A stretch of DNA of 64,000 nucleotides from Thermoplasmata archaeon. GTDB lineage: Archaea > Thermoplasmatota > Thermoplasmata > RBG-16-68-12. The notes below the pieces were generated by a model. The model had not been told where the DNA came from. It worked only from the letters and a program-made list of their open reading frames with translations, and did no database searches. Shown here one piece after another: positions 61,101 to 64,000 of the stretch. The DNA is taken from NCBI GenBank assembly GCA_035632695.1, contig DASQGG010000167.1, positions 120-64,119 on the forward strand, read 5' to 3'. The position numbers and the translations under genes were made by a program. How positions within the stretch are numbered: the first letter of the stretch is position 1; the number at the start of each line of letters is the position of its first letter.

Positions 61101-64000
61101 TAGCGGTTCTCGTCGAACATCCGCTGGTACGCGACGTCGACCGTGATGGGCAGATCTCCCGAGGTCCCCGGCTTCAGCCCAACCTCGACGAGCTTCCGCT
61201 CCCCGACGCCGAGCTCGGCGATCGGCGTGGAGCCCTTGACCTCGACGTCGCCCTCGAACCCGAACTCCACGTTCCGCGCGGGGAGCTTGCCCCGGTTCTC
61301 GACCTCGAACACGTAGCGGTTCCAGTTGTTCGCCTGGAGGCCCGTGGTCGGGAGGTGGAGGACCAGGTTCGGGTAGCGGTTCTTGATGAAGTTCGCGATC
61401 TGCATCCCGATGGAGACCTCGGCCTGTTTGATTAGGATGTCCGCCATCGCGAGGTCGTTCTTGCGGACCGCCTCCTCGGCCTGGGCCAGGGACGATTCCG
61501 ACTCGCCGATCTCCGCGCCGAGGCGCTTCGCGTTCGCGATCATGGCGGAGACCGCGTGCATCCGGGACTGGTAGCGGTTGATGAAATGATCACTGCGCGA
61601 CTTCTCGAGGGCCTCCTTCGCTGAGGCGACGCCGTTCTGGAAGCCGGGGACGTCCCCTGCCTCGATGGCGTGGCGAGCGTCGTCGAGCTTCCCGCGGGCC
61701 TCGGCCACGGGGATCCCGAGCCGCTCGCTCTGGACGAGCAGGTCCTCGAGGGTCTGGACCTCCTCGAGGGACCGGCGCTGGAGGGCTTTCTGCTTCGCCT
61801 CGAGCACCTTCTCCTGGAGGTCTCCCTTGATCTTGTAGACGGCCTCGAGGTCGCCGGCGACCGCCGCCTCCGCGGCGTGCTGCCGCGACTCCTGAAGTTC
61901 CTCGGAGAGGAGCCCGAGTTCGAGCCCTTCGTCGATCAGGGGCGAAAGGGATCCGACGAGGCCGTCCAGGTGGGCCTTCGAGGCGATGTCGATCGCCTCG
62001 GAGATCTCCTTGCGGTACGTCTCCATCTCCTCCAGGTTCCCTTCGGAGGCGCGCGCGTCCGCCTTGTCCCAGATTTCTTGGGGGATGCGCATGTCCGCCC
62101 CGAGCTTGGCATGGGCGTCGATGCTCGCCTTGAGCTCGGCGAGCTCGTCCCGCAGGGAGCGTGTGGCACGGTCGCGGCGTGCATCCGTCAGGATGTCCTC
62201 GATGACCTTCTTGTACTCGATCGCCTCGACGTACCGTCCGTCCTCGATCGCCTCGTGGGCGTTCACGAGGACCATGGCCGCGCGCCCCGGGTCGAGACCC
62301 GCGGTCTTCGTCTCTTCGAGGTCGCGCTCCGCCGTGCCGACGAGGTCGCGCGCCGCGGCCTCGAGCCCGATCGCGAGCCCCTGGGCCATCTCCTGGGTCT
62401 CGGCGAGTTCGGCGTGGACCTCGGGGAAGCGCCCTTCTTCGAGGGACTGCTCCGCCCGGGCCATGGCGGCGTCGGCGTTCACGATGGAGATGTCCGCCCG
62501 GGCCAGGTCCGCGAGGACTTTCCGGAGGGCTTGCAGCTCCTTCCGGGCGGCATCCTGGGCCTTGCGGAGTTCGAGCGCCTTGGCGTCCTCGATGAGCTTG
62601 AGCGCTTCCGTCATCCGCGTTTCGGCGGCGCGGGCGAACTCGACCGCGTCCGCGTATTCCTCGTGGTCGAAGTGGCTCTGCGCGCGGGCGAGCTGGTCCG
62701 CCGCGTCGGTCACGTCGACCCCGTTCTCCATCCCCTCCTGAATCTTCCTCTCGGCGCGCTGGATGAGCGCGCGGGCCGCCGCGACGAGCTCGTCCATGAG
62801 CTCCTTGGCCGTGTCGTCAAGGCCGCTCAGGATCGCATCGACGTCATCGAACGCACGTTCGTCGAGGGCTTTCTCCGCTTTGTGGAGGTCCTCCTCGGCG
62901 CCCGTGATGTCGATGTCGGCCTTCCGGAGATCCTCGATGAGCTTCTTGACCGCGATGAACTTCGTGGCGGCGGACTTCGCCTTGTCCATGGCCACGCGCT
63001 GTTGCTCCAAGAGCCGATCGCGGCGCTTGCCCTCGATCACCCGATCGAGGTCCTCCGCGGCTCGGATGGCGAGGCCCGCCCGGCCCTCCTTGAGGTGGGC
63101 CTCCGCTTCCCCGAGGGACGCCTCCATCTCCGGGGTGAGGTAGCTCTCCTCGCGGGCCGTCGCGATCTTCTCGCGCAGGTGATCAAGTGCCGTGGCCGCC
63201 TGCTGCTGCAGGGCGACCTTGGCGCCGTCCACGAGGCCCTCCGCCGCCGCGACGTACCGCTCCGCCCGATCCAGGTCCTCGTCCTTGATGGCCTGGTCCG
63301 CGCTCGCGAGGAGGGCCAGCGCCTTCGCGAGATCGAGTTTCTCCTCGACGAGGTGCCGGACTTCCTGGCCCACCGCCTGCATCCGTGCCTGGAGTCCCTG
63401 CACGCGGTCCGCCCGGGCCTGGGCTTCCTGCTCGCGGCTCTCGGCCTTGGCTTGGAGGGCCGATTGGGTGATCCGCTGGACTTCGTCGATGCAGGACTTG
63501 CTGATGTAGATCGTGTCGCCGTAGCGGCCCTCCGCGTATGCGGATTCGGCCTCCTTGAGCATCATGAGCACGGGCGCGTCCACGGAGAGACCCCCGGCCT
63601 GCGCGTGGTCAATCTCGCCCCGAGCGCGGCCGAGGACTTCGGCGGCCTCCCCCCGGAGGGTCTCCCGCAACGTCTGGAAGTCGTGTTCCACGGCGTCGAG
63701 CAGCCCGTCCGCGTTCGGGAACCGGCGCTCTTGGACCGCGATCGCCGCATCAGCGAGCTTGCCTTCCATGGCGATCGTGTCCTGGCCCGCCTGGCGCAGC
63801 TTGACAATTTCGTCGCGCGCCCGCAGGACCCGGTCGCCGAGGTTCCTCTCCGCCTCGGCGTCCGTCGTGTGGAGGTGCTCGTCGATGAGGGCTTGCAGGT
63901 CCACCGTCTTCCCGAGGGAGATCGCGTCGTCCACCTGGCGGAGGAGCTGGCGGCCGACTTCGGGGTCGAGCCCGCGCGGGGCGTTGATGAGAATGACCTT
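58115..64000 (-). CDS. giant coiled-coil / helical-repeat protein (>1,960 aa, N-terminus beyond the window edge) with duplicated beta-sandwich plus Roadblock-like modules and an aaRS-C-terminal-like tail
   Basis: One uninterrupted frame runs from the window edge (in-frame ..KVILINAPRGLDPEVGRQLLRQ before the first GTG/Met at 63934) to the stop at 58115. The composition is E/A/R/K/L/D-rich. At least 13 helical units of about 70-80 aa share the motif A-E-x-[AS]-x-x-E-G-[RK]-[YF] (for example AESAYAEGRYGD, AEAHLKEGRAG, AEEAFHEGKYER). Two paralogous modules of about 250 aa (aa about 845-1095 and 1352-1597; DNA 60652-61402 and 59146-59881) begin [ND]RYP[NR]L..LQAN.WNR..L.IEN.G..PA.N. The C-terminal segment ..LDTRLNKDLLAEGYAREIVGIVKDSRKDLNLTEESVVEL.. 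resembles class I aaRS (IleRS) C-terminal motifs. Confidence 0.6.
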   Translation of the reverse strand, partial: KVILINAPRGLDPEVGRQLLRQVDDAISLGKTVDLQALIDEHLHTTDAEAERNLGDRVLRARDEIVKLRQAGQDTIAMEGKLADAAIAVQERRFPNADGLLDAVEHDFQTLRETLRGEAAEVLGRARGEIDHAQAGGLSVDAPVLMMLKEAESAYAEGRYGDTIYISKSCIDEVQRITQSALQAKAESREQEAQARADRVQGLQARMQAVGQEVRHLVEEKLDLAKALALLASADQAIKDEDLDRAERYVAAAEGLVDGAKVALQQQAATALDHLREKIATAREESYLTPEMEASLGEAEAHLKEGRAGLAIRAAEDLDRVIEGKRRDRLLEQQRVAMDKAKSAATKFIAVKKLIEDLRKADIDITGAEEDLHKAEKALDERAFDDVDAILSGLDDTAKELMDELVAAARALIQRAERKIQEGMENGVDVTDAADQLARAQSHFDHEEYADAVEFARAAETRMTEALKLIEDAKALELRKAQDAARKELQALRKVLADLARADISIVNADAAMARAEQSLEEGRFPEVHAELAETQEMAQGLAIGLEAAARDLVGTAERDLEETKTAGLDPGRAAMVLVNAHEAIEDGRYVEAIEYKKVIEDILTDARRDRATRSLRDELAELKASIDAHAKLGADMRIPQEIWDKADARASEGNLEEMETYRKEISEAIDIASKAHLDGLVGSLSPLIDEGLELGLLSEELQESRQHAAEAAVAGDLEAVYKIKGDLQEKVLEAKQKALQRRSLEEVQTLEDLLVQSERLGIPVAEARGKLDDARHAIEAGDVPGFQNGVASAKEALEKSRSDHFINRYQSRMHAVSAMIANAKRLGAEIGESESSLAQAEEAVRKNDLAMADILIKQAEVSIGMQIANFIKNRYPNLVLHLPTTGLQANNWNRYVFEVENRGKLPARNVEFGFEGDVEVKGSTPIAELGVGERKLVEVGLKPGTSGDLPITVDVAYQRMFDENRYELKDRQSVKVEPEGTYLVEDVFLIHSDGRLISHHSRKFREEIDEDIFSGMLTVVRDFVKDSFKRARKGLDRLGFGDEKVLIERSDHTYLATVVVGEEPRLLPLYMAQILQEVETKYGTVLDKWTGLLHQLDGIDDVIKKLLYVATDPNADMGALADSPITLTAKLIDALGVEQTVAANELLAKAQSTLETDVRLALQFIEQAKAQADAAQEQLQSRMGDLMAAARDTVGEMRSLGVDVSQAELLLREAEEAFHEGKYERVREIHAGLHESLERAKGEIAAKRVEIELASLINDIQIAKSQNLDAREAESYLTKIEAAIQRKNYRQMEDYLRRAKDSLARQRRHTVLARAKEELAKLQATVAEAKEVHADLGDVEVLLAKAEEALKAEDFKGLEPLIDRAEATARARLEQILRDRYPRLFLEEKNAGLQANRWNRMELRIENKGDWPAKNIIPVVNGPADVHGLHSVEKLDPNEKVSLEFGVRPREAGTMDLDFEIHYTRPLDDAKHQVTDSKIVRVEAEDGYSIEDAILFHEGGDLICHESRVYLSAEEADKAATMEAQAKALITKAFADSGARGVQRAKMGHQNLFAARGPQMFVILGIRGKEPRVLPLYTVQVLKEIHDAYGIRLENWSGDLGVLDGVQDLVRKLLFATEVEGVSLGPLEDTPVSKIPILLDRGLLGGKEGDFLEAACAAIEEGGFEVGAQMLQKVRDATVGPTEEIQKQIQKEVLTAKEAGTLQLSDEQVQAFVDVLRRALEAAFQAKMRAGIERYWPVSRLAIQASDPLVYDAVSAFRKIIVGQSGAKELDIIPPNETWRGMKIDIDVHMDSVSAAYKLWAKKIEILLRSQDAWKIKAGLDKGEYSVGIEGQKVRIDPSMVSFVESIPEHVVEEPFDGGVIYLDTRLNKDLLAEGYAREIVGIVKDSRKDLNLTEESVVELDIVGSSEVRGMLKPWRDMILREANALEVRFASKAPQDAYVIEAVLGKDTLYLGIRQAQM

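Noticed and set aside
57911-61435. 1,174-aa ORF on the plus strand overlapping the giant gene
   Set aside because: It is antisense to a clearly protein-like, repeat-structured minus-strand frame. Its translation is Leu/Arg/Asp/Gly-rich without periodicity and without any domain signature, so it is a GC artefact.
1-64000. CRISPR arrays, rRNA genes, transposases/integrases or IS terminal inverted repeats
   Set aside because: No regularly spaced 25-40-nt direct repeats were seen. No ORF had transposase/integrase motifs (DDE, tyrosine recombinase R..HxxR..Y). There were no rRNA-like conserved stretches and no GC-content discontinuity suggestive of an island.

Overview
This is a very GC-rich archaeal chromosomal window, roughly two-thirds G+C by eye. 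Nearly every base is coding, and almost every real gene is shadowed by a long antisense or alternate-frame ORF that is a GC artefact. Archaeal identity is supported by ribosomal protein S3Ae, an Sm-like protein, FEN-1 with a C-terminal PIP box, an intron-containing tRNA-Met(CAU) with a BHB-type intron at position 37/38, and TATA/BRE-like promoters feeding mostly leaderless genes. I count 57 credible CDS, 1 tRNA, and no rRNA, CRISPR arrays or obvious mobile elements.

Gene content in window order:
(a) 0.2-5.7 kb: a vWA-domain surface protein, a Roadblock/LC7 + Ras-like small GTPase pair (MglB/MglA-like), a Nudix CoA pyrophosphatase, and small membrane proteins.
(b) 5.7-17 kb: a cell-envelope / surface-glycan locus. 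It holds a CPBP protease, a Wzx-like flippase, a MacB/LolD-type ABC ATPase, a BNR/Asp-box surface protein, a GalE-like epimerase, two tandem FtsX permeases and a large GT-C-like membrane protein.
(c) 17-25 kb: surface proteins (beta-helix/PKD and DxNxDG calcium-loop repeat proteins), rpS3Ae and an alpha/beta hydrolase.
(d) 25.8-37.3 kb: a 2-hydroxyacid / electron-transfer island on the minus strand. The gene order is hdrB-hdrA-mvhD-hdrD-like, then a FAD-linked (GlcD/D-lactate DH-like) oxidase, then a second CCG-domain Fe-S protein. It sits divergent to a LarA lactate-racemase homologue, with an LhgO-like oxidase and an Ldh_2-family dehydrogenase beyond.
(e) 38-41 kb: an AlkD-like repair protein, a DUF1059 mini-protein, a class I aldolase and a Zn-ADH.
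(f) 41-46 kb: an acetate module with a SatP/YaaH acetate channel, AMP-forming acetyl-CoA synthetase and an unusual acetyl-CoA hydrolase/transferase-GNAT fusion.
(g) 46-58 kb: an ABC-2 exporter, sdhABCD, Sm, nucleotide-sugar genes (NTP-transferase, phosphohexomutase), a DUF92 protein, an RHH-proteasome alpha-like fusion, and FEN-1.
(h) 58.1 kb to the window end: a giant (>1,960 aa, 5' partial) coiled-coil/helical-repeat protein with an internally duplicated beta-sandwich plus Roadblock-like module and an aaRS-C-terminal-like tail.

The most novel-looking items are the giant repeat protein, the CoA-transferase-GNAT fusion beside acs, the RHH-proteasome alpha fusion and the Hdr-coupled 2-hydroxyacid island.
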